A stretch of 64,000 nucleotides of DNA from an uncultured Verrucomicrobiae bacterium. GTDB taxonomy: Bacteria > Verrucomicrobiota > Verrucomicrobiia > Chthoniobacterales > Terrimicrobiaceae. Below the pieces are notes generated by a model. The model saw only the letters and a program-made list of their open reading frames with translations, did no database searches and was not told where the DNA came from. Position 1 is the first letter of the stretch. Each line of letters starts with the position of its first letter. This document shows, piece by piece, positions 1 through 9,482 of the stretch. A program made the translations under genes and the position numbers. The stretch spans positions 165,933 to 229,932 of the forward strand of contig CAWEIP010000010.1 of the NCBI GenBank assembly GCA_963809185.1, written 5' to 3'.

Positions 1-868
1 GAAAAAGCTCAAAGCGGTCCGCGCATTGGCACTTTTCCCAGAAATGGCGAAACTGTTCTTTGAGCCTGCAGCGCGGACCGACTTCGAGATTCCTATTGAG
101 AAGCTCGCCCAGCCTAGGCACGGCGCCCGCTGTCAAGGTTTTCCGGCGCCAGAGAAGGAGGAATTTGTCCCTTGAGGGTCTCTTCTCCTCCTTGAGTCTA
201 CGGTGCTCGGTACGCCGCACCTTATCGACCGCTTCGTTGAGATGTTTGGAGACGCGGTCATGAACAATCTCAACCTGCGGCATCTTGGCTTCGGCCGATG
301 CCTCAGAAGCCGCGCTCATGTCAATGACAACGGCTTCCACCTTTCGACGCTGTTCGAGCCCTGGCTTTCGAAAAGCCGCTCGGCACTGGCTCGTTCCCGA
401 CCTTCGGTGACTTCCAGCATCCGAGAGCCTTTCGGATCACTCAAAACCGAAACGTAACTCTGTCCGCTCAGACAGCTCTCATCGATGCCCACCGCGTTGA
501 GCTCTTCCAATGAACGGCGCTCCAAGCCTCGCGCAACGGCCGTTCCATGATGCGATGGGCCTGATCCCAGGAGATGGAAAGCAGCTCACAGACATCGCTT
601 AGCAACTGCCGGTCGCAGCACTTCCACCCCAAAGGCTTCAAGAGCGTGTAAAGCGGCTGAAGGCGATTCCGGCAAGAGCGAAGCGAAAGACCTTCTTGCA
701 GACAGCACGAAGAGGGAGCGCCCGAGCATCATTCGGTTCGCCGAGTGGACTGAGATTGACGACTGGATCACGGACAAACTTCCCACCGCGAAGGAAACGA
801 AAAGGCTGAGATCCTATGGTCTGAATTTGCATGTTGCACGGGGCCTGAAGCATGCTTGACGGGGTCAT
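1..868 (-). mobile_element. ISL3-family transposase remnant, truncated by the window edge and frame-disrupted
   Basis: The minus-strand translation of 1..340 reads VVIDMSAASEASAEAKMPQVEIVHDRVSKHLNEAVDKVRRTEHRRLKEEKRPSRDKFLLLWRRKTL...LKEQFRHFWE. ORF 316..525 gives LNAVGIDESCLSGQSYVSVLSDPKGSRMLEVTEGRE. These resemble the ISL3 transposase core (GIDE...; V.D.F..HLNEA.DKVRR...LK). The N-terminal zinc-finger-like part at 525..868 is spread over at least 3 frames. No terminal inverted repeat was identified. Confidence 0.5.
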
Positions 869-931
869 GCCAAAGGTTCGCTCCTCTCGCGGCGCTTGAA
901 GAAGGGATGCGGCCCATTTATGAGCGGATAG

Positions 932-1723
932 ATGAAAACGATACTGATCTCGCGAACACAGCGACTTCTGATCGTCGTTGTTCATCTTCTTCCCCTTCCG
1001 GGCTCTCCGCGCTGGGGAGAGAACTTTGAAAGAGTGCTTCGCTCGGCGATCGATGACGCCCGCGCCTGTGAGGAGGGAGGCGCCGACGCCATCATCATCG
1101 AAAACTTTGGTGACGCTCCCTTTGACAAGGGTGCAGCATCGGCGGAAACCGTGGCGGCGATGGCCGTGGTCGGAGCCGCCGTGCGCGAGGCAGTGGAACT
1201 GCCGATCGGTTTCAACGTGCTGCGCAACGATGGCCATGCGGCCCTGGCCCTCTGCGCGACCTGCGGAGGGGATTTCATTCGCGTAAACGTCCTTTCGGGC
1301 GCTATGGTGACCGACCAGGGCGTCATCGAAGGAAACGCCTTCACAGTGACACGATTGCGCCGTCAACTCGCACCGACCGCGACGATACTGGCGGACGTTC
1401 ACGTCAAGCACGCTTCGCCGCTTGGGGATGTTCCCATCGAGATTGCGGCCCGCGATACGGTCGAGCGCGGCCTCGCCGACGCTTTGGTGATTTCGGGCAC
1501 AGGAACTGGTGAAGCGGCGACCCTGGACGACGTGCGACGTGTTCGCCTGGCTTGTCGGGACAGTCCGATTCTGGTCGGGAGCGGCGTGACCGAAGCCAAC
1601 GGCGCGTCATATCTGGAGTGTGCGGACGGAGTTATCGTTGGCACTTCGGTGAAGCATGACAGAAAGGTTTCCAACCGCGTCGACGGCGGCCGGGTCGCAG
1701 CGTTGAAAAAAGTCCTCCAATAG
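932..1723 (+). CDS. BtpA/SgcQ family protein (TIM-barrel, photosystem I biogenesis BtpA-like)
   Basis: 263-aa intact ORF carrying the family-typical N-terminal motifs VVVHLLPLPGSP and DAIIIENFGDAPF, plus a later LVGSGV segment. Confidence 0.7.
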   Translation: MKTILISRTQRLLIVVVHLLPLPGSPRWGENFERVLRSAIDDARACEEGGADAIIIENFGDAPFDKGAASAETVAAMAVVGAAVREAVELPIGFNVLRNDGHAALALCATCGGDFIRVNVLSGAMVTDQGVIEGNAFTVTRLRRQLAPTATILADVHVKHASPLGDVPIEIAARDTVERGLADALVISGTGTGEAATLDDVRRVRLACRDSPILVGSGVTEANGASYLECADGVIVGTSVKHDRKVSNRVDGGRVAALKKVLQ

Positions 1724-1808
1724 GGCGGGTGTCAAGCGGAGCGGCCACGGAGCCTCTTGTCGGCCTCGACACCCAACGAGAAACCTTCTGGCTTTGCCAG
1801 GAGCGATC

Positions 1809-3182
1809 TCATTCTCCGTCGGAACCGTTGCGTTCGGATGCCGCCGCCTCGAATGCCTCTGGAAATTTACTCAAGAAACTTTGCGTTGGCCACGAGCACG
1901 CTTCACCGAAGGCACAAACAGTGCGCCCCGCGATGTTGTCCGCGACGCTTTTGAGCACTTTGGCATCGATTGCCCTTCCTCCGCCTTCAAGCATGCGGGT
2001 GGTGATCTTGGACATCCAGAGGCTGCCTTCGCGACATGGTGTGCACTGCCCACAGCTCTCGTTGGCGTAGAACTGGTTCAAGTTGTTCAGCGCCCACAGC
2101 ATATCCCGCGAATCGTCCATGACCATGACGCCTCCGCTGCCAATCATCGTTCCGACCGCTGCCAGGCTGGCGGCGTCCATCACGACCTCCAGCATCTTGA
2201 TCTCCTTGTCCACCATTTTCCCGTCCGCCTCCTTGGTCTTGATTTTGTAGACATCCTCAGCCCCCATCACCTTTGCGGAACTGCCTCCGGGTATGACTGC
2301 CTTCAGTTTGCGGCCCGGCTTTAGGCCCCCGCAGACATCAAAGATCAGCTCTCCGAGCGTCACGGCCCCGGCCGGAAGTTCGTAGAAACCGGGTCTCAAT
2401 ACATCGCCGCTGACGCACATGGTTCGCGTGCCGCCATCGCCCGGCGTTCCCATTCTGGCGTACTCGGTAGCCCCCAGGCGAAGGATATGCTTCACGTGGC
2501 AGATTGTCTCGACGTTGTTGACAATCGTCGGCTTCAGGTACAGACCGAGGACGGCAGGAAAGTAGGGTGGTTTGATGCGGGGATAGGGCCGCTTTCCTTC
2601 GAGGGATTCGAGCAGGCTCGTCTCCTCGCCGCAGATGTAGGCACCCGCCCCTTGGTGGACATAGATGTCGACATCGAAGCCCGAACCAAGAACGTTTTGA
2701 CCGACAAAGCCCTTGGCGCGCGCCTCCTGAATGGCATGCCAAACGATGCGCGCGGCATGCGGAAACTCACAGCGGATGTAAATGTAGCAGAGGTGCGTAT
2801 TGGTCGCATACGCGGAGATCACAAGTCCCTCCACGAGCTGATGGGGATCATAATGAAGAATATAGCGATCCTTGAAGGTCCCGGGCTCAGACTCGTCGGC
2901 GTTCACGACAATGTAGTGCGCCTTGCCGTCGTCGTACTTGATGAAGCCCCACTTTGCGCCGCACGGAAATCCCGCCCCACCGCGGCCCCGCAGATTCGAG
3001 GCCTTGACCGCATCGACGATTTCAGAAGGCTTCATCGTCACGGCCCTCCTGAGCGATTCATAGCCGCCATGGGCGAGATAGGTTTCGATGCCGGCATCGT
3101 AGCCCGGCTTGCTGATATTCTCGAAAATAATGCGCCGCTCCTTCGGGTGCGGCGCGGGCATGACAAAACTTTCCGCGCTCAT
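1809..3182 (-). CDS. nuoF: NADH-quinone oxidoreductase subunit F (51-kDa flavoprotein)
   Basis: 457-aa ORF with the NADH/FMN motif GRGGAGFPCGAKWGF and the 4Fe-4S motif ESCGQCTPCREG. It has a 4-nt ATGA overlap with nuoE. Confidence 0.9.
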   Translation of the reverse strand: MSAESFVMPAPHPKERRIIFENISKPGYDAGIETYLAHGGYESLRRAVTMKPSEIVDAVKASNLRGRGGAGFPCGAKWGFIKYDDGKAHYIVVNADESEPGTFKDRYILHYDPHQLVEGLVISAYATNTHLCYIYIRCEFPHAARIVWHAIQEARAKGFVGQNVLGSGFDVDIYVHQGAGAYICGEETSLLESLEGKRPYPRIKPPYFPAVLGLYLKPTIVNNVETICHVKHILRLGATEYARMGTPGDGGTRTMCVSGDVLRPGFYELPAGAVTLGELIFDVCGGLKPGRKLKAVIPGGSSAKVMGAEDVYKIKTKEADGKMVDKEIKMLEVVMDAASLAAVGTMIGSGGVMVMDDSRDMLWALNNLNQFYANESCGQCTPCREGSLWMSKITTRMLEGGGRAIDAKVLKSVADNIAGRTVCAFGEACSWPTQSFLSKFPEAFEAAASERNGSDGE

Positions 3183-3673
3183 CTGTATCTTTCGACGATC
3201 CCCGAGACCGCTTCCGGGTCGATTCTTTCGTGCAGGTCATCGTTGATGAGCGCCACCGGAGCGCTGCCGCAACTGGCCAGGCATTCAACGAATTCCACGC
3301 TAAACTTTCCGTCCGCCGTCGTCGGCGGCGCGCTGCCATAGCCATGATGCTCCGCGTGCGGGTCGAGTCCGACCGTCGCGCAAAATCTCTCTTTGACCGC
3401 ATAGCTGCCCGCCATCGCGCATGCCAACGTGCGACAGACCCGAATGATCGTCTTGCCGGCAGGCTCGCGGCGGAACCACGGATAGAATGTCACCAGCTCG
3501 TAGATGTTGATCGACTGAAGATCGAGCCGGGCGGCGATCCATTCGATTCCGCTGTCATCGATGTATCCGAAGTGATTCTGCCAGAAGTGAAGGAGAGGCA
3601 GGGAGGCACTGCGCTTCGAGACGGGGTAGCGAGAGACGAGATCGTCAATCTCAGCCTCGAACTCCGGCGTCAC
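3179..3673 (-). CDS. nuoE: NADH-quinone oxidoreductase subunit E (24-kDa 2Fe-2S subunit)
   Basis: 164-aa ORF with thioredoxin-like 2Fe-2S cysteines (CRTLACAMAGS ... ECLASCGSAPV). It is translationally coupled to nuoF. Confidence 0.9.
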   Translation of the reverse strand: MTPEFEAEIDDLVSRYPVSKRSASLPLLHFWQNHFGYIDDSGIEWIAARLDLQSINIYELVTFYPWFRREPAGKTIIRVCRTLACAMAGSYAVKERFCATVGLDPHAEHHGYGSAPPTTADGKFSVEFVECLASCGSAPVALINDDLHERIDPEAVSGIVERYR

Positions 3674-3832
3674 CTTGTCGGCCTGTCGCCCTGCGCGGCT
3701 GCCGGGTCGACAGCGGTATTAACGGTCATGTTCAATGGTTGTCGTGTTTTCCCTCCCCAGCTTCAAGCAAAAGGATATGCCACGCGAGAAGATTTCGGAC
3801 TCAACCGGTCGCACGCTGGATACAGCGACGCT

Positions 3833-4823
3833 TCATGCCGGCAGCGAGGGCCTTTGATACTTTGCCGCCATACTTCGGATCGTCGGAGAGATCCGCTCCC
3901 GCAGGTTCCCGGGCTCGATGACTTCGGCATGGTCTCCCCAGCCGAGAATCCAGCTTTCCAGATCCGGCGCAACGCCGACGCGCATCGTCAGCTCCAGTCC
4001 CGCCATCCACCGAACGCATCTTTTGCGATTTGTGCCATTGGCGCTCGGAAACGAGCCGCGCACCAAGGCATCGAAACGGATTCTCACCTCCTCGATCCGC
4101 TCCGCCTCGAACGCCGCAAAACTGCCCGAGAGCATTTTCGAAGCCGAGAAATCCGCCGGCCGCGCAAAGGGAATTTTCAGACTTCTCGACCCGCTTGATC
4201 CGAGTCAGAGCGAAGGTGCGGAGTTGGCCGCGGACCTGATCGGCGCCGATCAAATACCACTGATGGTTGATGCAGGCGAGATGATACGGCGCAACCCGCC
4301 GGTGCTCCGGATTGACTTGCGCGAAGGGAAAGATAGTCGAATTCCACCAGCTGGCTCGCCATTACCGCCTCCGTCAGAAGCTCGAAAACCTTGATCTGGC
4401 CTTTGGGAACTCCCGCCGAGTGAAAAGAGACCGCTTCGGAAAGCTCGTGCAAGGAGATGTTGGCTTCGTCAGTGAGACTGGAGACAAGCTTTTGAAAGGC
4501 CGACTGCAGCGGTTTCTCAAACGAAGTGCCGCGATATTGCTCCACGGCTTTCTGCGCGACCAGCAGCGCCACCAATTCTCCTTCGCTGACCGTGATCAAG
4601 GGAAATTGTCCGACCGGTCTTGCATAGAGCAAATCCATGCCGCTGCCGGTCATATTCCACTGGCAGCAGCAGTTGGTCCCGCATGAAATCCACGTCGCGC
4701 TGAACCGTTTTCGCCGAAACCTCGAACTCCCGCGCAAGAACTGAACAGTTCGGATAGCCGCCCGCCGAGAGCAGCTTCATGAATCCTCAGCATCCGCACT
4801 AGGGGCGGCCGGGTAGCGCGCAA
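3833..4823 (-). CDS. WYL-domain transcriptional regulator (YafY/BrxR/CapW-like), reading frame broken about 4 times in this sequence
   Basis: The gene can be reassembled across frames. N-terminus: RATRPPLVRMLRIHE|LLSAGGYPNCSVLAREFEVSAKTVQRDVDFMRDQL.LPVEYDRQRHGF (wHTH). Linker: FPLITVSEGELVALLVAQKAV. WYL core: NPEHRRVAPYHLACINHQWYLIGADQVRGQLRTFALTRIKRVE. C-terminus: PFARPADFSASKMLSGSFAAFEAERIEEVRIRF...WILGWGDHAEVIEPGNLRERI. Frame breaks lie near 4778, 4640, 4300 and 4160. A TTG start at 4823 is assumed. Confidence 0.7.
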
Positions 4824-5319
4824 CCCCGCAAAATCCGCGGTTGGACCGCCTAAAATTCTCGAGCTTTTTCAGCCATAGGACATCATATGTCCCATACACG
4901 GCGGCAGAGTCAATGGCGTTATGAAAAACATCCGCCACCTTCTCTTGCGGGTTGCCCGCAAGGCCTCGCCTGTTTGCCGGCAATGGAATTCTCTCTTCCC
5001 GGCTCCCGCCTCACCCGTGAGGAAGTTCATTTTGTGCGCGACATCCGTCGGGTTCGCGCGCAGATCGCTGAATCGCGCCCTTGAGCTTCATACCGAGCTG
5101 CCCGGAAGGGCGGGACGGCGCGGGACGCTTGTCGGCCTTGGGCGGACGAAGCACGCCAGGGCGAGGCACGGGGGGCTCATTCGTCCTTTCTGGCGCAATC
5201 GCAGGATTTCAGCTATGGTGCATCTCCAAGCCATCCCATGATCCGGAACAGCACCGTCGGAGCAGTCGTCCCACGTCGCCGTGCGCGCACCTAGGACGAA
5301 GCACGCTGCATTCTCTTTC

Positions 5320-6242
5320 ATGCACGCTCAAGACATTTTCCAATCCACCCGCACGACCTTCTCCTTTGAGTTCTTCCCGCCGAAAAGTCCTGAGGCGGTG
5401 GAAAGTCTCTACGAGACGATCCGTGAGCTGGAGGCGTATCAACCGCATTTCGTCAGCGTCACCTACGGTGCGGGCGGCTCGACACGAGAGCTCACCCACG
5501 ACCTTGTCGTCCGGATCAAGCAAACGACCTCGCTGGATCCGGTTCCCCATCTGACCTGCGTGTGTCACAACAGGCTGAAATCGGCGAAATTCTGGAACGG
5601 TACGCCCGTGCCGGGGTCAGCAACATTCTCTCGCTGGGCGGCGACGCACCAAAAGGCCAGGAATATCGCAAGGCGAACGACGAGTTTCCAGCACGCGGTC
5701 GACCTGGTCCGATTCATCCGAAAGTTCAACGAATCCGGAGGTCATCCGGACGGCGGGGATTTGGCATTGGCGTCGCGGGGTTTCCCGAAGGCCATCCGGC
5801 GACTCCCAACCGGCTGTTGGAGATGGACTATCTCAAGCAAAAAGTGGACGCTGGCGCGGACTATATCGTCACCCAACTCTTCTTCGACAACCGCGATTTT
5901 CTCGACTTTCGCGACCGTTGTGAACTGGCCGGCATCAACGTGCCCATCGTCGCCGGCATCATGCCGGTTACGTCGCTTGCGGGAATGAAACGCATGGCCG
6001 ACCTCGCCGCCGGTGCGCGGTTCCCGGCCAGGCTCCTGCGCGCCTTGCAGCGCTGCCAGGACGATCCGGAAAGCGTCGCGCGTGTTGGCGTCCATCACGC
6101 CTCCGAACAGTGCCACGACCTGCTCGAGCACAAGGTGCGCGGGATTCACTTCTACACGTTGAATCGTTCCGACGCGACCCGACGGATATTCGATAGCCTT
6201 GGACTCAGACATTCCCGATCGAGGCAAATTCAGACCGTCTGA
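5320..6242 (+). CDS. metF: Methylenetetrahydrofolate reductase, 3 frame breaks (near 5570, 5688 and 5757)
   Basis: Segments across frames: FSFEFFPPKSPEAVESLYETIRELEAYQPHFVSVTYGAGGSTR...PHLTCVCH | QAEIGEILERYARAGVSNILSLGGD | FQHAVDLVRFIRKF | GFGIGVAGFPEGHP...YIVTQLFFDN...GIHFYTLN. All are canonical MetF segments but alternate between two frames. Confidence 0.85.
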
Positions 6243-6497
6243 TCCAGCGTTGCCAGGTGAAAACTTCGTAAGTAGGGCTTGCCTTTTTCGGGAGAAGATC
6301 GTAATGAACGCGGGTCAATGAAAATTCAGCTCGCTATTGCAAAGGTAGCCGTAGTCTCCGGGGCCGTAGGCCCTCGGAGCCGTGGTGACTTTGCGGAGCT
6401 GATCTGAGATCGTCCACCAAACCCACGGCCCGCCGAAGGTCGTGGGAAGTTTTTTTCATGACTGCCGTCGGATTCCGGGGTTCAAAACAAACCAACC

Positions 6498-7298
6498 ATG
6501 AATCCCACCACCCCACTAAAAGAAAACTACACGCCTGGGCACACGGCAAACGCGCTTAGCTTCATGGCCCAGAGGGACCTGGAAAGCCACGGGTTCTTCC
6601 TTATACCGCTGCTGCAGGGCGGCCTCGACGTCCTGGATGCAGGCTGCGGCCCGGCTACGATCAGTGCGGACATCGCTGACGCGGTGTTCCCCGGCAAGGT
6701 GACCGCGCTCGACATCTCGACCTCGGAGCTTGACCAAGGACGCCGCCTCGCTGAGGGACGCGAGATCGTTAATCTCGAGTTTGTGGCGGGCTCTGCCTAC
6801 GAGATCGCATTTCCGGATAGTTCGTTCAATGTCGTCTTCTCGCTTGATCTGATCGAACACTTGAGCGAACCCCTCAGGGCGCTCAAAGAATTTCATCGCG
6901 TCACGCGGCCCGGAGGTTTCGTTGCCGTGAGCGCACCGGACTGGGATGCGATTGAGATCAGCCCGTTGCCCATGGCTCTGGGCCGGGCAATCAATGCCTA
7001 TCGCGACCTGGAAGAAAGAAACGGCGGTAACAGCCGGGCGGGACTTCATCTGGGCGAATGGCTGACAGAGGCCGGCTTCGCTCCGCTCTCGAGCGGCGAG
7101 TGGATCGAGGATTACGAGGAACCCAAGCAAGTAGCAGAGTATCTTGGCCTGCAACTGGAAGCTGCAGGGCTCTTCCATCACGCCACTGCCCTGCGCGACT
7201 GGGCCCGGGATCCCGCCGCGCGATTTCGTCAGCCCTGGAAGTATGCGACGGGAGTGCGCGCCAGCTCGAATAAGCGGCGTAAACGCGTCATGGAATAA
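6498..7298 (+). CDS. Class I SAM-dependent methyltransferase
   Basis: 266-aa ORF with SAM-binding motif I (VLDAGCGPATIS) and the post-I/II pattern (VTALDIS ... FNVVFSLDLIEHL ... RPGGFVAV). Confidence 0.8.
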   Translation: MNPTTPLKENYTPGHTANALSFMAQRDLESHGFFLIPLLQGGLDVLDAGCGPATISADIADAVFPGKVTALDISTSELDQGRRLAEGREIVNLEFVAGSAYEIAFPDSSFNVVFSLDLIEHLSEPLRALKEFHRVTRPGGFVAVSAPDWDAIEISPLPMALGRAINAYRDLEERNGGNSRAGLHLGEWLTEAGFAPLSSGEWIEDYEEPKQVAEYLGLQLEAAGLFHHATALRDWARDPAARFRQPWKYATGVRASSNKRRKRVME

Positions 7299-7520
7299 AT
7301 CTCGCTCTAGGCCGCGAGCTGCCGGCTGGGGAGAGATATCGAGCCAGAAAATGAAAACCGCGTTGAGGGCGATCAATGTCGCTGTCCGGGCCTACCCTGC
7401 GGAATCCATCAGTCCAAGTGACCCTCCTCGCTCGTCTTCTTCCTGACGAGCGGCGCACTACGCCCGCTGAAGAAGATCCACCGTTATGGTCTGGTCAATG
7501 CGGGCAACGCTCGACGACCG

Positions 7521-8063
7521 TCACGCCATGATCGACCGGGCAATTTCGTCGGACTTCTCCTGACCGAAAAGTGCCCGCACTAGGGCAAGACCGAAGTCCA
7601 ACGCGGTGCCGGCGCCCCGGGATGTAAGAATCGCTCCATCCCGAACGACGCGCTCTTCCGCCAGTGCGCCGGGCAATTCCTCGTGCACGGAAAAATGAGC
7701 CGTGAATCTCTTGTTCTCCAGTAAATGGGCGTCCTTCAAAACGGCAGGACCCGCGCAGATCGCGGCAACCAATCTGCCTGACCGGTGAAAGGCCTCCGCG
7801 AGTTTGGCAGGACGCCCGTCTGACCGCAGGGCCTTCACCCCTGGCCCACCAGGGACAAGAAGAAGATCGAAGTCCTGGCCGGCGACGTCCGCCAGGGCGG
7901 CATCCGCCTGGAGAGTGATCTGGCTTCGGCCGGTGACGGAAGGCTCCCCGCTGACGGACGCCACGATTACTTCGGCACCGGCCCGTCTCAATAAGTCGAT
8001 CGGAGTGACCGTTTCGATCTCTTCGAATCCTGGAGCCAGCAAACAAAGGACGCGCTTGTTCAT
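7521..8063 (-). CDS. DJ-1/PfpI family protein
   Basis: 180 aa. It shows APGFEEIE, LLVPGGPG and the nucleophile-elbow motif AAICAGPAVL typical of DJ-1/YajL/ThiJ proteins. Confidence 0.85.
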   Translation of the reverse strand: MNKRVLCLLAPGFEEIETVTPIDLLRRAGAEVIVASVSGEPSVTGRSQITLQADAALADVAGQDFDLLLVPGGPGVKALRSDGRPAKLAEAFHRSGRLVAAICAGPAVLKDAHLLENKRFTAHFSVHEELPGALAEERVVRDGAILTSRGAGTALDFGLALVRALFGQEKSDEIARSIMA

Positions 8064-8069
8064 GGAAGG

Positions 8070-8435
8070 CTATTCAATATCAGCCGCGTGGGTCATGAGA
8101 TCCTCCAAGGAGACAAACTCGATCGTTGAGGCATGGGTTGCCTCCAGGAGAACAGGCGGCGCCGTTCCCGCGTCGAGAGCCTCTTTCCAACGGCTCACGC
8201 AGAGACACCAACGATCTCCGGGTTCGAGTCCCTTGAAGCCGAGTTCCGCGCGTGGCGTGATGAGGTCGTTGCCTCGCGAAAGGGAAAACTCGAGGAATTC
8301 CGAGGTCATGATGGCGCAGACCGTATGAAGGCCCAGATCGCCAGGTCCTGTCCTGCAGAATCCATCCCGATAGAATCCGGTTGTCGGATTCTCGCAGCAG
8401 CATTGCAGGGTTCCGCCAAGAACGTTCGATGGCAT
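8070..8435 (-). CDS. DUF2237 family protein
   Basis: 121 aa. It shows NVLGGTLQCCCENPTTGFYRDGFCRTGPGDLGLHTVCAIMTSEFLEFS...GDRWCLCVSRW, the conserved Cys-rich DUF2237 pattern. It ends 6 nt upstream of the DJ-1 gene on the same strand. Confidence 0.7.
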   Translation of the reverse strand: MPSNVLGGTLQCCCENPTTGFYRDGFCRTGPGDLGLHTVCAIMTSEFLEFSLSRGNDLITPRAELGFKGLEPGDRWCLCVSRWKEALDAGTAPPVLLEATHASTIEFVSLEDLMTHAADIE

Positions 8436-8506
8436 AGGCGAACAATATGCGAAATCCGCTTCCGAGGCAGTTGAAAAATTTGTGCCCAGTTGATTTCTTC
8501 TCCTTC

Positions 8507-9451
8507 ATGAAGACGCGGTTTCTTGGAAACTCTGACATGCGCATTACACGCTTTGGATTCGGTGCTTGGGCGGCGGGTGGGGGTGACTGGCAGTTTGGAT
8601 GGGGCAGGCAAGACGACACTGACTCGGTCGCCGCGATCCATCGCGCTCTCGAGGTGGGTGTCAACTGGATCGACACGGCGGCGGGTTACGGCTTGGGACA
8701 TTCCGAGGAGGTTGTTGCCAAGGCGCTGACGGATTGGCCAGGAACAAGGCCGTATGTTTTCACGAAGTGCGGCATGATTTGGGGCGAAAATCGCGAGATG
8801 GACTATTCGCTCAAGGCGGACTCCATCCGCCGCGAGTGCGAAAACAGCCTCCGGCGGCTCAAGACCGATGTGATCGATCTTTATCAGATTCACTGGCCTG
8901 CGGACGATCTCCCCGAAACTCAGGAAGGATGGGCGACCCTGGCCGCGCTGCAGAAGGAAGGAAAAGTCCGCTGGATCGGCGCATCAAATTTCAGCCGCGA
9001 GGAGCTCCAGGCCGCGCAACTCATCGCGCCGATCACTTCTCTTCAGCCCCCGTATTCTCTCATCCGGCGGGAAATCGAGAAGAACGTCCTGCCCTTTTGC
9101 CGGGATCAAGCCATCGGGGTGATCGTCTACTCACCGATGGGTTCCGGGCTGCTGACGAGCGCAATGACGCGCGAGCGCGCCGCCAGTCTTCCGACAGATG
9201 ACTGGCGCAGCAAGAATCCGGAATTCCAGGAGCCGAAGCTCTCCCAGAATCTGCTGCTTGCCGCGCGCGTCAAAGCGGTGGCGGAACGGCGTGGCGTCTC
9301 CGCCGGCGCGGTGGCTGCCGCGTGGACGCTGCAAAATCCGGCTGTCACCGGCGCAATTATCGGCGCGCGAAGCGCCTCCCAGGTGGAGGAAATATTTCCT
9401 CATGCCGATCTGATGTTGACGCCAGACGAAATCGCTGAGGTCGAAGGCTGA
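8507..9451 (+). CDS. Aldo/keto reductase
   Basis: Shows FGFGAWAAGG...IDTAAGYGLGHSEEVV...IDLYQIHWP...VRWIGASNF. The ATG at 8507 is preferred over the longer track ORF. Confidence 0.85.
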   Translation: MKTRFLGNSDMRITRFGFGAWAAGGGDWQFGWGRQDDTDSVAAIHRALEVGVNWIDTAAGYGLGHSEEVVAKALTDWPGTRPYVFTKCGMIWGENREMDYSLKADSIRRECENSLRRLKTDVIDLYQIHWPADDLPETQEGWATLAALQKEGKVRWIGASNFSREELQAAQLIAPITSLQPPYSLIRREIEKNVLPFCRDQAIGVIVYSPMGSGLLTSAMTRERAASLPTDDWRSKNPEFQEPKLSQNLLLAARVKAVAERRGVSAGAVAAAWTLQNPAVTGAIIGARSASQVEEIFPHADLMLTPDEIAEVEG

Positions 9452-9482
9452 CGCCTCTCCGTCCCGATTTGCACCAAGCGCC

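Noticed and set aside
638-1411. A 257-aa minus-strand ORF spanning the IS remnant and the 5' part of the BtpA gene
   Set aside because: Only its C-terminal tail (below 870) matches the transposase N-terminal region. The rest is antisense to the BtpA gene and has no recognisable features.
4777-4983. A 68-aa ORF that looks like a small gene translationally coupled (ATGA) to the WYL regulator
   Set aside because: A different frame of the same DNA encodes RATRPPLVRMLRIHE, the genuine N-terminus of the regulator. The apparent separate ORF and the apparent ATG at 4780 result from a frame break near 4778.
4984-5319. A SAM, SAH or other riboswitch upstream of metF
   Set aside because: I could not find the conserved cores of the SAM-I, SAM-II or SAH aptamers by eye. 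This is left as an open low-interest finding rather than a feature.
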